From Candidatus Krumholzibacteriia bacterium (GTDB lineage: Bacteria; Krumholzibacteriota; Krumholzibacteriia; JAJRXK01), in the NCBI GenBank assembly GCA_035268685.1, contig DATFKK010000170.1, positions 11,708-75,707 on the forward strand: 64,000 bases of DNA, in the 5' to 3' direction. Positions 26,237-36,482 of the stretch are shown here, one piece after another; the stretch's first letter is position 1, and each line of letters opens with the position of its first letter. The notes below the pieces were generated by a model. It was not told the DNA's origin and made no database searches. It saw only the letters and a list, made by a program, of their open reading frames with translations. The translations under genes were made by a program, and so were the position numbers.

Positions 26237-27675
26237 CCGACAACCGTCAGATCGAGGAACTCGCCCGCCGCGAGTACGAGCACGGTTGGGAGACCGAGAT
26301 CGAGTCCGAACGGGCTCCGAAGGGCCTCAGTGCGGACATCGTGCGCCTGATCTCGCAGAAGAAGGGCGAACCCGACTGGCTGCTCGAATGGCGTCTCAAG
26401 GCGCTCGAGCAGTTCTTCGCCATGCAGGAACCGAACTGGGCGCACGTGAACTATCCGCCGGTGGATCTCCAGGACATCTACTACTACTCGGCTCCCAAGA
26501 AGAAGCCGACGCTCGAGAGCCTGGACGAGGTCGACCCGAAGCTGCTCGAGACCTTCGACAAGCTCGGGATTCCGCTCGAGGAGCAGAAGATGCTGACCGG
26601 CGTCGCCGTCGACGCCGTGTTCGACTCGGTGAGCGTGAAGACGACCTTCCGGGAGAAACTCGCCGAGGCCGGCGTGATCTTCTGCAGCTTCAGCGAGGCG
26701 GTGCAGGACCACCCCGAGCTGGTGAAGAAGTACCTGGGCAGCGTGGTGCCGACCACGGACAACTACTTCGCGTCGCTGAACAGTGCCGTGTTCACCGACG
26801 GCAGCTTCGTGTTCGTTCCCAAGGGCACCCGGTGCCCCATGGAGCTGTCGACCTACTTCCGGATCAACGACCGCGAGACGGGCCAGTTCGAGCGCACCCT
26901 GATCGTGGCCGAGGAGGGTGCCTACGTCAGCTACCTCGAGGGCTGCACCGCGCCGCAGCGCGACGAGAACCAGCTGCACGCCGCGGTGGTGGAGCTGGTG
27001 GCCCTCGACGACGCCGAGATCAAGTACTCCACGGTGCAGAACTGGTACCCGGGCGACGAAGAGGGCAAGGGCGGCATCTACAACTTCGTCACCAAGCGCG
27101 GTGCGTGCCGCGGCAAGAACTCCAAGATCAGTTGGACGCAGGTCGAGACCGGCAGCGCCGTCACCTGGAAGTATCCGAGCTGCATCCTGCAGGGCGACAA
27201 CTCGGTGGGCGAGTTCTACTCGGTGGCCCTGACCAACAACGCCCAGCAGGCCGACACCGGCACCAAGATGGTGCACATCGGCAAGAACACGAAGTCCACG
27301 ATCATCTCGAAGGGGATCAGCGCCGGGGCGGCGCAGAACAGCTACCGCGGCCTGGTCAAGGTGAACAAGGGCGCCGACGGCGCGCGCAACTTCTCGCAGT
27401 GCGACTCGCTGCTGATCGGCGATCGGTGCGGTGCGCACACCTTCCCCTACATCGAGAGCAAGAATCCCACCGCGCAGATCGAGCACGAGGCCACCACGAG
27501 CAAGATCGGCGACGACCAGCTCTTCTACTGCCGGCAGCGCGGTCTCAGCGAGGAGGACGCGGTGTCGATGATCGTCAACGGCTTCTGCAAGGAAGTCTTC
27601 AACGAACTCCCCATGGAGTTCGCGGTCGAGGCGGGCAAGCTGCTCGCCGTGAGTCTCGAAGGCGCCGTGGGCTGA
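26233..27675 (+). CDS. sufB: Fe-S cluster assembly scaffold protein SufB
   Basis: [52 protein letters not shown] and [20 protein letters not shown] are typical of SufB. Confidence 0.9.
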   Translation: MTDNRQIEELARREYEHGWETEIESERAPKGLSADIVRLISQKKGEPDWLLEWRLKALEQFFAMQEPNWAHVNYPPVDLQDIYYYSAPKKKPTLESLDEVDPKLLETFDKLGIPLEEQKMLTGVAVDAVFDSVSVKTTFREKLAEAGVIFCSFSEAVQDHPELVKKYLGSVVPTTDNYFASLNSAVFTDGSFVFVPKGTRCPMELSTYFRINDRETGQFERTLIVAEEGAYVSYLEGCTAPQRDENQLHAAVVELVALDDAEIKYSTVQNWYPGDEEGKGGIYNFVTKRGACRGKNSKISWTQVETGSAVTWKYPSCILQGDNSVGEFYSVALTNNAQQADTGTKMVHIGKNTKSTIISKGISAGAAQNSYRGLVKVNKGADGARNFSQCDSLLIGDRCGAHTFPYIESKNPTAQIEHEATTSKIGDDQLFYCRQRGLSEEDAVSMIVNGFCKEVFNELPMEFAVEAGKLLAVSLEGAVG

Positions 27676-27716
27676 CCCGGCCCCGTTCCACGACACGACG
27701 AAGCGAAGGAAACGTC

Positions 27717-28463
<747 letters not shown>

Positions 28464-28502
28464 GCCGCGCACCGAACCGAGCTCGACGCGAAAGGACGTG
28501 CA

Positions 28503-29831
28503 GTGAGTCAGCAGCAACCCTTCTCGGGCGGACTCGACGCCTGGATCGAGGCCCTGTCGACGAACGGCGGTGGCTGGAGCGCCGACGTCCGCCGTGCCGC
28601 CGCGGCGCGCTACCGCGAACTTGGGCTGCCCGGCCGCAAGGACGAAGACTGGCGCCAGATCAACCTGAGCGCGATCTCGGCGGTCGAACGTCAGGTGCCC
28701 GAGGCGCCGCCCGCGATCGAAGCCGATGCGCTGGAGCGGTTCGCGATCGCCGATCTCGGCGCGATCCGCGTGGTTCTGGTCGACGGCTTCCTCGTGCCCG
28801 AGCTCAGCGAGATCAGCGATCTACCGTCCGGCGTCACGATCGAGAGCCTGTACGGGGCAGCCGAGGCCGGGCGCGAAACCGCGCTGACCGGACTGCGTCG
28901 CGACGGCGGGGATCGGGCGACCGGCTTCGAAGCCCTGAATGCGGCGTGGTTTCGCGACGGAGTCGTCTTGCGGATCGACGCCGACGTGAAGGTCGAGCGA
29001 CCCCTGCACGTGCTGCACGTCAGCACGAGGCACGACCGCCCGACCGTCGTGCATCCTCGCCTGGTGGTGGCCGTCGGCCGCAGTGCCGAATTGACGGTGG
29101 TGGAGGACCACGTGGCTCTCGACGGGAGCGACGATTTCGTGAATGCGGTGGTCGACCTGCAGCTCGACGACAACGCACAGGTCGACTGGGTCCGTGTGGT
29201 GCGGACCGGTGCCGAGCACCTGCACGTGGCCTCGATCCGATCGCGGCAGGGCCGGGACAGTCGTCTGCGCGAGCACGCGATGGTCGTCGACGGCGAACTC
29301 GTGCGCCAGGACGTGCGCGCACACCTGCAGGGCAGCAACAGCGAAGTCGTCCTCAACGGCTTGGTCGTCCTCGACCAGCGTCAGGTGGCCGACAACCACA
29401 CGTGGGTCCACCACGAGGTCCCCTACACACGCAGCGAAGAAGTCTACCGCAACGTTCTGGACGGCAAGGCCCGCGGTGTGTTCATGGGGCGCGTCGTCGT
29501 GGCCGAAGGCGCGAAGGGGACCGACGCCCAGCAGAACAACGCGAACCTTCTGCTGAGTGACGAAGCGCAGATCAACACCCTGCCGCAGCTGGAGATCTAC
29601 AACGACGACGTCAAGGCCAGTCACGGAGCGACCCTGGGGCAGCTCGATCGGGACGGTCTGTTCTACCTGCGCAGCCGCGGCATCGACGAGACCACCGCGC
29701 GTGGCCTGCTGACCTTCGCCTTTGCCAGCACCGTGGTCGAGTCCATGCCGCTGGCGGCGCTGCGTCGTTTCGCTCGGCGTAGTATCTTCGAGCACCTGCC
29801 CCACGAACACCTGAGCGAGGAGCTCGTGTGA
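28503..29831 (+). CDS. sufD: Fe-S cluster assembly protein SufD
   Basis: Sits between sufC and sufS. The SufBD-type beta-helix C-terminus has QQNNANLLLSDEAQINTLPQLEIYNDDVKASHGATLGQLD. Confidence 0.85.
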   Translation: MSQQQPFSGGLDAWIEALSTNGGGWSADVRRAAAARYRELGLPGRKDEDWRQINLSAISAVERQVPEAPPAIEADALERFAIADLGAIRVVLVDGFLVPELSEISDLPSGVTIESLYGAAEAGRETALTGLRRDGGDRATGFEALNAAWFRDGVVLRIDADVKVERPLHVLHVSTRHDRPTVVHPRLVVAVGRSAELTVVEDHVALDGSDDFVNAVVDLQLDDNAQVDWVRVVRTGAEHLHVASIRSRQGRDSRLREHAMVVDGELVRQDVRAHLQGSNSEVVLNGLVVLDQRQVADNHTWVHHEVPYTRSEEVYRNVLDGKARGVFMGRVVVAEGAKGTDAQQNNANLLLSDEAQINTLPQLEIYNDDVKASHGATLGQLDRDGLFYLRSRGIDETTARGLLTFAFASTVVESMPLAALRRFARRSIFEHLPHEHLSEELV

Positions 29832-31099
29832 ACCAGGTCCGACCCGAATCGACCCCGCCCGTCCAGGACGCCGCGAACGACTACGACGTCACGGCGGTCC
29901 GGGCCGAGTTCCCCCAGCTCGCGCGGACGATCCACGGACGACGGCTGGTGTACCTGGACAGCGCAGCGACGGCGCAGCGGCCGCGCACCGTGCTCGACGC
30001 CATGCACGAGTACCACACCCACTGCAACGCGAACGTGCATCGCGGTCTGTACACGCTGTCCGAGGAGGCCACGGCGAAGTACGAGGCCGTGCGGGGGACG
30101 TTGGCCCGGTTCACCGGTGTGGACGATCCACGCCGCGTGGTGTTCGGCCGCGGGTGCACCGAGGCGATCAATCTGGTCGCCCACTCCTATCTGGCGCCGC
30201 GTCTTCGACCCGGTGACGAGATCCTGGTGACCGAGATGGAGCACCACTCGAACATCGTTCCCTGGCAGCTCGTTGCCGAGGAGAAGGGTGCGAAGGTGGT
30301 CGCGGCTCCGATCGACGACCGCGGGGAGCTGGTGCTCGAGGAGGTCGAGCGCCGGCTGAACGACCGTACGCGGCTGCTCGCCTTCAACCATGTCTCGAAC
30401 GCGCTCGGGACGATCAATCCCGTGGCCACTCTGGTCGAACTGGCCCACTCCCAGGGTGTGCCGGTGCTGGTCGACGGGGCACAGGGTGGACCGCACGCGC
30501 CGATCGACATCGACGGCTGGGACGTCGACTTCTACACCGTGAGTGGGCACAAGGTCTACGGGCCCACCGGTGTGGGAGCCCTGGTCGCGAAGTGGGAGCA
30601 CCTCGAGTCCATGCCGCCCTGGCACGGTGGGGGCGACATGATCCGGCGGGTCAGCTTCGAGGGCACCACCTATGCCGATCCACCGCAACGCTTCGAGGCG
30701 GGTACGCCGCCGATCGCGGCGGTGATCGGTCTGGGCGCCGCCGTGGAGTTCGTCGAATCCATCGGCCACGATGCCCTGGGCGAGCACGAGCGCCAGGTGC
30801 TCGAGTACGGTACGCAGCGGTTGCTGGAACTCGAGGGTGTGCGTTTGTTCGGCGAGGCTCGCGAGAAGAGCCCGGTGCTGTCGTTCGTGCTCGAGGGCAT
30901 TCACGCCCAGGACGTGGCCACTCTTCTCGACGAGGAGGGCGTGGCCGTTCGCGCCGGGCACCACTGCACCCAGCCGCTGTGGGACCACTTCGGCGTGCCG
31001 GCGACCATCCGTGCTTCGTTCGGTTGCTACAGCGATCGTGACGACGTCGATCGCCTGGTCGAAGCCCTGCAGAAGGTCCGCAAGATCTTCGCGGCCTGA
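29828..31099 (+). CDS. sufS: Cysteine desulfurase SufS (class V aminotransferase, group II)
   Basis: YLDSAATAQRP, NVHRG, TVSGHKVYGPTGVG (PLP lysine) and RAGHHCTQPL (active-site Cys). The start overlaps the sufD stop. Confidence 0.9.
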   Translation: MNQVRPESTPPVQDAANDYDVTAVRAEFPQLARTIHGRRLVYLDSAATAQRPRTVLDAMHEYHTHCNANVHRGLYTLSEEATAKYEAVRGTLARFTGVDDPRRVVFGRGCTEAINLVAHSYLAPRLRPGDEILVTEMEHHSNIVPWQLVAEEKGAKVVAAPIDDRGELVLEEVERRLNDRTRLLAFNHVSNALGTINPVATLVELAHSQGVPVLVDGAQGGPHAPIDIDGWDVDFYTVSGHKVYGPTGVGALVAKWEHLESMPPWHGGGDMIRRVSFEGTTYADPPQRFEAGTPPIAAVIGLGAAVEFVESIGHDALGEHERQVLEYGTQRLLELEGVRLFGEAREKSPVLSFVLEGIHAQDVATLLDEEGVAVRAGHHCTQPLWDHFGVPATIRASFGCYSDRDDVDRLVEALQKVRKIFAA

Positions 31100-31116
31100 C
31101 GCGACGGAGAACAGCC

Positions 31117-31662
31117 ATGAAGAACGAACTCGTCACCTTCCAGCGTGACACCAAGGCCATTCTGGTGCCGGACGGCACGCCGGCCACGATCTCCGAGGGC
31201 ATGCAGGGCCGGGTGACCCAGGCCCTGGGTACGAGCTTCACCGTGGTGACCCAGTACGGCCAGATGTTCCGGGTGGCCAACGAGGACGCCGATGCCGTGG
31301 GCAAGGATCCCAGCGACTTCGAGGTCGACATGCCGACCGGCGGCGATCTCGAGGAGAAGGTCTGGGGTCAGCTCGGCACCTGCTACGACCCGGAGATTCC
31401 GATCGACATCGTGCAGCTCGGCCTGGTCTACAGTTGCGAGCTCACCCCGCTCGAGGGCAGCCCCGGCCTGCACCACGTGGACGTCGTGATGACGCTCACC
31501 GCACCCGGCTGCGGGATGGGCGACGTGCTCAAGAACGAGATCGAGGAGAAGATCCAGATGCTGCCCGAGGTGGCCAGCGTGCAGGTCGATCTGGTGTTCG
31601 AGCCCGCCTGGAACCCGAGCATGATGAGCGAAGAGGCCCGTCTCAGGACCGGGATGATGTAG
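31117..31662 (+). CDS. sufT: SUF-system Fe-S assembly protein, DUF59/SufT type
   Basis: CYDPEIPIDIVQLGLVY and MTLTAPGCGMG (DUF59 motifs). It has the N-terminal extension typical of SufT and is the last gene of the suf operon. Confidence 0.75.
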   Translation: MKNELVTFQRDTKAILVPDGTPATISEGMQGRVTQALGTSFTVVTQYGQMFRVANEDADAVGKDPSDFEVDMPTGGDLEEKVWGQLGTCYDPEIPIDIVQLGLVYSCELTPLEGSPGLHHVDVVMTLTAPGCGMGDVLKNEIEEKIQMLPEVASVQVDLVFEPAWNPSMMSEEARLRTGMM

Positions 31663-31668
31663 GCACGA

Positions 31669-31690
31669 GCGGGCTCGTCTCCGAGCCCGC
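31669..31690. terminator. Perfect 9-bp GC hairpin between convergent sufT and the DUF3160-like gene
   Basis: GCGGGCTCG-tctc-CGAGCCCGC followed by CCTTGTCG. Confidence 0.55.
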
Positions 31691-31702
31691 CCTTGTCGCG
31701 GT

Positions 31703-34300
31703 CTACCGGACCAGGGTCAGTTTCGTGGTCGCCGTGCGCATGCCGGCGGCCACTTTTGCATGGTAGACGCCTGATGCGACCGCACGACCGTTCGCGTCCT
31801 CACCCCGCCAGGGGATCAGGTACGTCCCCGGCTGGAGCGTCTCGTCGACCAGTACCGCGACGCGCGCGCCTCGGGCGTCGACGATCTCCACGCGCACGGA
31901 CATCGGCTGCTTCCCGGTCAGCTCGAAGCCGATCACCGTCCGGGGATTGAAGGGATTGGGCTGACCACGCACCCATCGAACGCCGTCCCGAGCCGGGGTG
32001 GGCGTATCACCGGGGTCGGCCGGAGCGTCGACCGCCACGGGCCCGAGGATCGAGGCGGCGTCGGTGCGCACCCGGCCCTCGGTGTCGGTGAGATAGACGT
32101 GGGTCCAGCTCTCGGTGGGCGGAACGTCGTAGGTCAGGCTCAGCGGGTTCGACCAGTCCCCGCCGTCGAGGATCGATTCCCAGTCGTCGTCGGTGAGCCG
32201 GTGGAAGTCCAGGGTCACCAGTTCCCGGTACGAGGCCACCGGCCCGACGAAGGCCGTCGGCGCCCCGCCCGGGCACCGCGCGACGAACACGCCGAGCAGG
32301 GGATTCGCCGTGGCCACGTGCAGCACCTTGCCCACGGTCGAGCCGAACTCGTCGGTGGGCTGGGTGTGGACGTCGGCGATGATGCGATCGGTCTCGCTGG
32401 CCGGGGCGCTGCAGCCGTCGGCGCAGTAGTAGAGACGGGGCAACCATCCCGACTCCACCAGATTGCAGCCGGACTCGGCGAAGAGCACCCGCTGCAGGAA
32501 CGAGCTCTCGGCCGCGGAGAAGGCCACGCCGTCGAGTTCCTTCTGTGCGATGGTGCCCACGGTGTCCATGAGGGCCGCGGCGCGGTCGAAGTACTGGGCG
32601 ATGCGGTCGCTGTGCGGGCCGGGGTCGAGGCGCGCCACGATCTCGTCGCGCCCGAACTCGGCGAAGCGCCGCAGGCGGTCGTACAGCGCCGGAACCGGCT
32701 CGACGTATCCGTGCGGATACGAGCAGATCACGCCCCCGGTGTAGGACTGCTTCACGTACAGGATGGTGTCGTGCCGCAGCTCGGCCCACGAGGCGAGCTG
32801 GGTGTTCATCTTCTGCTGCTGCCAGCCGCCGGTGCGCATGAAGTCGGGCGCTCCATCGATCTCGCCCGTTCCGGTGAGGGTGCGCAGGGCGGCGAGCCAG
32901 TGGGTGTAGAGGCTCGAACTCCAGAAGGTGTCGTCGTACGAGTCGATCAGGTAGCGCAGGGCACTGAGGTTGGCGGCGTAGTGGTAGGTCTCGAGTTCGT
33001 CCTCGAGCAGCGGCAGGACATCGTCGTTGCCCAGGGCGTAGAGCACGTCCAGCGGGTCGGGCAGTCCCCGGAAGGGCGTCGATCCTTGGTAGCGGATCCG
33101 GTCGTAGACCACGTTGCCCAGCACGTTCGAGTCGATCGTGAAGCGCTGGCCCATGAGGAGGAAGGCGTAGGGCGGATCGAGGGGCTCGCCCGACATGGGA
33201 TCGCCGATCAGCACGCGTGAGTTGATCGCCTGCGGCTGGTAGGCGCCGCTGTCGAGCAGGTCCTCGAAGGCTTCGTACGTCGTGGCATCCCACAGTTGCG
33301 CGGGATCGGACAGCGTGAGCTCGGTCGCCATGGCGTCGAGGTGCGCGAGCGTGGTGTTGTCGGACTCGCCGATGAACACGCGCAGCAGGTCATCGATGCG
33401 TTCGAGCTGGGGGCGCACACCGGCGCGGTCGACGAGAGCGCGCAGGAGGAAGGCGTCGACGACTTCGCGCTGCACCGAGGGCGGCGCGCCGATCCCCGGC
33501 GGGATCGACAGCCGGAAGTCGATCCGGCCCAGCCACATGAGGCAGCGGAAGTAGCGTTCGAGTTCGGGTCGGTCGGTGTAGTGACCGCGCGGGACGAACT
33601 GGCTGAAGTCGACCGTGCGCGGCGTGTCGTTGAAAAGCGCGACGTCCTGCAGGCCGCTCGCGTCGCGGGCCGCGGCGACCACGGTGTCGTACAGCGCCTG
33701 GTTCGCCGGGTCCAGCGGCCCGGTGGTCTCGTCGCGCAGCAACGTCAGGGCCACGCTCAGGTACAGGTCGAGATCGGCCACGCAGTCCTGCATGGCCGTG
33801 TCTTCGGCGTGGGCGGCGGCGAGATCGGGCCAGGCCGCGCGCATCGACGCGAGCGCTCCGTCCACGGTCGGGATCAGTGTGGTGAGCTCGATGCCCTTCA
33901 GGATCTCGTCGAAGGAGCGGTGGAAGGTGTGCAGGAACAGATCGCTCGACAGGAACACGGGCAGGTCGGCGTGCCACACCCAGCGCAGGGCCGCGCCGTA
34001 GGAGCTGTGGTGGAGGCGTTCGCTGACCACGAAACCGTGGCGCTCGAGCAGGTCGAGTTCGCCGTCGCGCAGTTCGAGCGCGGTGATCACCGAATCGAGG
34101 AAGGCGGTGCCGCCGAGCGTGTCGTCGACACGGTGGAGGTAGGGGCCGACCGGCGCGTGGCGTTCGAGCAGGGCGCTCGCGGTGAGGTCGGCGTCCTGCT
34201 CGAGATGCGCGCGGTAGGCGTCGAGATCGAAGTCGCCGGCCGTGGCCGGACCGCAGAGGACGAACAGGGACAGGACGACGAGGACGGACAGCCGTGCCAT
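31703..34300 (-). CDS. Secreted DUF3160-like protein with PNPFNP-type (FlgD-Ig / T9SS-like) C-terminal domain
   Basis: Start trimmed to MARLSVLVVLSLFVLCGPATAG (signal peptide). The large body resembles DUF3160 (LPVFLSSDLFLHTFHRSFDEILK). The last ~85 aa read GQPNPFNPRTVIGFEL..GVYHAKV..KLTLVR. Confidence 0.65.
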   Translation of the reverse strand: MARLSVLVVLSLFVLCGPATAGDFDLDAYRAHLEQDADLTASALLERHAPVGPYLHRVDDTLGGTAFLDSVITALELRDGELDLLERHGFVVSERLHHSSYGAALRWVWHADLPVFLSSDLFLHTFHRSFDEILKGIELTTLIPTVDGALASMRAAWPDLAAAHAEDTAMQDCVADLDLYLSVALTLLRDETTGPLDPANQALYDTVVAAARDASGLQDVALFNDTPRTVDFSQFVPRGHYTDRPELERYFRCLMWLGRIDFRLSIPPGIGAPPSVQREVVDAFLLRALVDRAGVRPQLERIDDLLRVFIGESDNTTLAHLDAMATELTLSDPAQLWDATTYEAFEDLLDSGAYQPQAINSRVLIGDPMSGEPLDPPYAFLLMGQRFTIDSNVLGNVVYDRIRYQGSTPFRGLPDPLDVLYALGNDDVLPLLEDELETYHYAANLSALRYLIDSYDDTFWSSSLYTHWLAALRTLTGTGEIDGAPDFMRTGGWQQQKMNTQLASWAELRHDTILYVKQSYTGGVICSYPHGYVEPVPALYDRLRRFAEFGRDEIVARLDPGPHSDRIAQYFDRAAALMDTVGTIAQKELDGVAFSAAESSFLQRVLFAESGCNLVESGWLPRLYYCADGCSAPASETDRIIADVHTQPTDEFGSTVGKVLHVATANPLLGVFVARCPGGAPTAFVGPVASYRELVTLDFHRLTDDDWESILDGGDWSNPLSLTYDVPPTESWTHVYLTDTEGRVRTDAASILGPVAVDAPADPGDTPTPARDGVRWVRGQPNPFNPRTVIGFELTGKQPMSVRVEIVDARGARVAVLVDETLQPGTYLIPWRGEDANGRAVASGVYHAKVAAGMRTATTKLTLVR

Positions 34301-34470
34301 CGGTCGGTTCCCTTCGACGGATCCGGGAGGCCGACCGCGCCGCACACCCGTGGGCGCGCGAAGGAGGGCGCGGCCGCTGCACTCCCGGTCTCCTTCACAG
34401 GATTCCGGGAGTGCGGGCCCGTGTCAAGATGGTGCGGCGTCGGTTGATGCGGCCGCACCAGCCGGGGTGC

Positions 34471-36354
34471 TCACCGCCGCGACCTGACCGGCATCTCGTC
34501 GAGGGCCGCGATCCCGTTCTTCGGGTGGATCCGTCGGACCTCACGGTCTCCGGCCATGATCACGTCGGCGGTGTCGATGATCAGCTGTTTCACGGTGATC
34601 GGGTCGAGGTCGGGCCGGATCGCCAGGATCTTGGCGGCCAGGTTGGCCACGTTCGGCGAGGCCATCGACGTGCCGTTCAGGGCGAGGCGGTCGCCGCCCG
34701 GGACGTAGCTGTCGACGTCGAAGCCGCTCGCGTAGACGTCGACCTTGCCGAAGGTGGTGAACGAGGTCTCCTCGCCCGCCTGGTCGACGGCACCCACGGT
34801 CATGATGTTGGGCAGTTCGATCGAACTCGGAACGAACTCCTCGAACACGTTGTCGTTGTCGGAGTTACCGGCGGCGACGCAGAACAGGACGTCGGGAGCC
34901 TCGGCCATGGCCTCGGTCAACGCCTGCTTGCCGATCTCGAAGTACTCGCGGGCCAGGGCCTTGCGCTGCTCGGGGTCGGCCGGGTCGTTGTGCGCGGCGA
35001 GCGCGGCCTCGATGTCGGCCACGCTGCCGCCCCAGCTCATGTTGACCACGCGCACGCCGTGGTCGCGGAAGTAGGCGACGACGGCGCGGTACGAGTCGGC
35101 CCAGCGCTCGATGCGTTCGCGGGTGGGCTTCGGCGGGATCATCTCGTGGTCGAAGCTGAGGCGGGCGTTCATGATCCGGGCGGCGGGGTTGCCCTCGGCG
35201 GCGATCCCGGCCACGTGCGTACCGTGCGAGTGGTTGCCGTAGGCGTTGATCGCCTCCATGAAGGGTTCGACCTCGTCGGTACCGAGTTCGTCGATCCGCT
35301 CCTTGAGGGCGTCGGCCTCGGGGCTGTCGATCGACATCTGGACGTCACGCAGTCCCTTCATCTGCCGCTGCAACCGCCGCGGATCGTCGATCTCGCCGAC
35401 GGGGTACAGGGGCTCGGTGGCGCTCCGGGCCTCGGTGTCGAAGTAGATCCCGTGGACGTCGTCCACGTAGCCATTGCCGTCGTCGTCGGTGCCGTTGTCG
35501 GCGACCTCGCCGGGATTCGTCCAGATCTGGTCGAGTTCGGCGAAGACTCTCTCGTCGACGCCCGAATCCCACACGCCGATCACGACCTCGGTGAGATCGT
35601 CGCGGCCGGAGAGGTCGACCGATCGGGCCTGCCAGATGTCCTGCTTCTCGACGGCGTGGGCGTCGAGGAAGTCGGCGTACACGCCGGCGATGACGTCCTT
35701 GTGGGGTAGCATCATGTGCACGGCGAAGCCCTGCTGGACGAGGCTCAGGGCCAGGTCCTTGGTCAGCACGCCGTCGCTGCGGTCGATCTGCGGTTGGACC
35801 TGTGCCTGGACCATGCCTTCGAGCAGATTGCGATTCACGATCTCCATCATGCCCTTGCGCTGCTTGAGGTCGGCCTCGACCACTTCGTAGGGGAGGACGT
35901 TCACGCGGTCGCGCAGGGCGTCCTCGTAGGCCTCCTCGAACTCGCGCTCGGGCTGCTGGATCGCGTCGATCCAGGCGAGCGCGGTGAGCCCGGCGAGCAG
36001 CCGCTGGGCCTCCTTGCTCTCGAGCTCGCGCACCCTCGCGAGGTGCTCGCGGTAGTCGTCGTACCGGCCCTCGACGAGCGCCACCGTGCCCAGAGCACCG
36101 TGGTAGTTCTTGAGCGTGGTCGCGTCCTCGATCGCATAGGTCTCGAGGTCGGAGTGGAGATCGGCTGCGACCTCGCGGGCCAGTTCGAGCAGCAGGTCGC
36201 GGTCCTCGAGCAGGTCCACGGCCGCGCCGTCGATGGTGTAGGTGTGCCGCGGGAGGTCGTCCGCGCGCTCGATGGGGATCTTCTCGGCGTGGGCGTCGGC
36301 GACGACGAACAGGACGGCGAGCGCGGTCAGGGCGCGGAGGGCGAACCGGAGCAT
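34471..36354 (-). CDS. Secreted S8 family (subtilisin-like) serine peptidase
   Basis: MLRFALRALTALAVLFVVADAHA is a signal peptide. The catalytic triad motifs are VWDSGVD, HGTHVAG and GTSMASP. Confidence 0.85.
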   Translation of the reverse strand: MLRFALRALTALAVLFVVADAHAEKIPIERADDLPRHTYTIDGAAVDLLEDRDLLLELAREVAADLHSDLETYAIEDATTLKNYHGALGTVALVEGRYDDYREHLARVRELESKEAQRLLAGLTALAWIDAIQQPEREFEEAYEDALRDRVNVLPYEVVEADLKQRKGMMEIVNRNLLEGMVQAQVQPQIDRSDGVLTKDLALSLVQQGFAVHMMLPHKDVIAGVYADFLDAHAVEKQDIWQARSVDLSGRDDLTEVVIGVWDSGVDERVFAELDQIWTNPGEVADNGTDDDGNGYVDDVHGIYFDTEARSATEPLYPVGEIDDPRRLQRQMKGLRDVQMSIDSPEADALKERIDELGTDEVEPFMEAINAYGNHSHGTHVAGIAAEGNPAARIMNARLSFDHEMIPPKPTRERIERWADSYRAVVAYFRDHGVRVVNMSWGGSVADIEAALAAHNDPADPEQRKALAREYFEIGKQALTEAMAEAPDVLFCVAAGNSDNDNVFEEFVPSSIELPNIMTVGAVDQAGEETSFTTFGKVDVYASGFDVDSYVPGGDRLALNGTSMASPNVANLAAKILAIRPDLDPITVKQLIIDTADVIMAGDREVRRIHPKNGIAALDEMPVRSRR

Positions 36355-36482
36355 CGGGAATCCTCGGTTGGGGGCGAGCGGTGGACCCGTACAGTACGTC
36401 CAGCTGGGGATCGGGTTACGGCGGGACGACGAAGGGGCCGCTCCCGGCACGGAACGGCCCCGAGAGACTGCCGCCGTCGGGC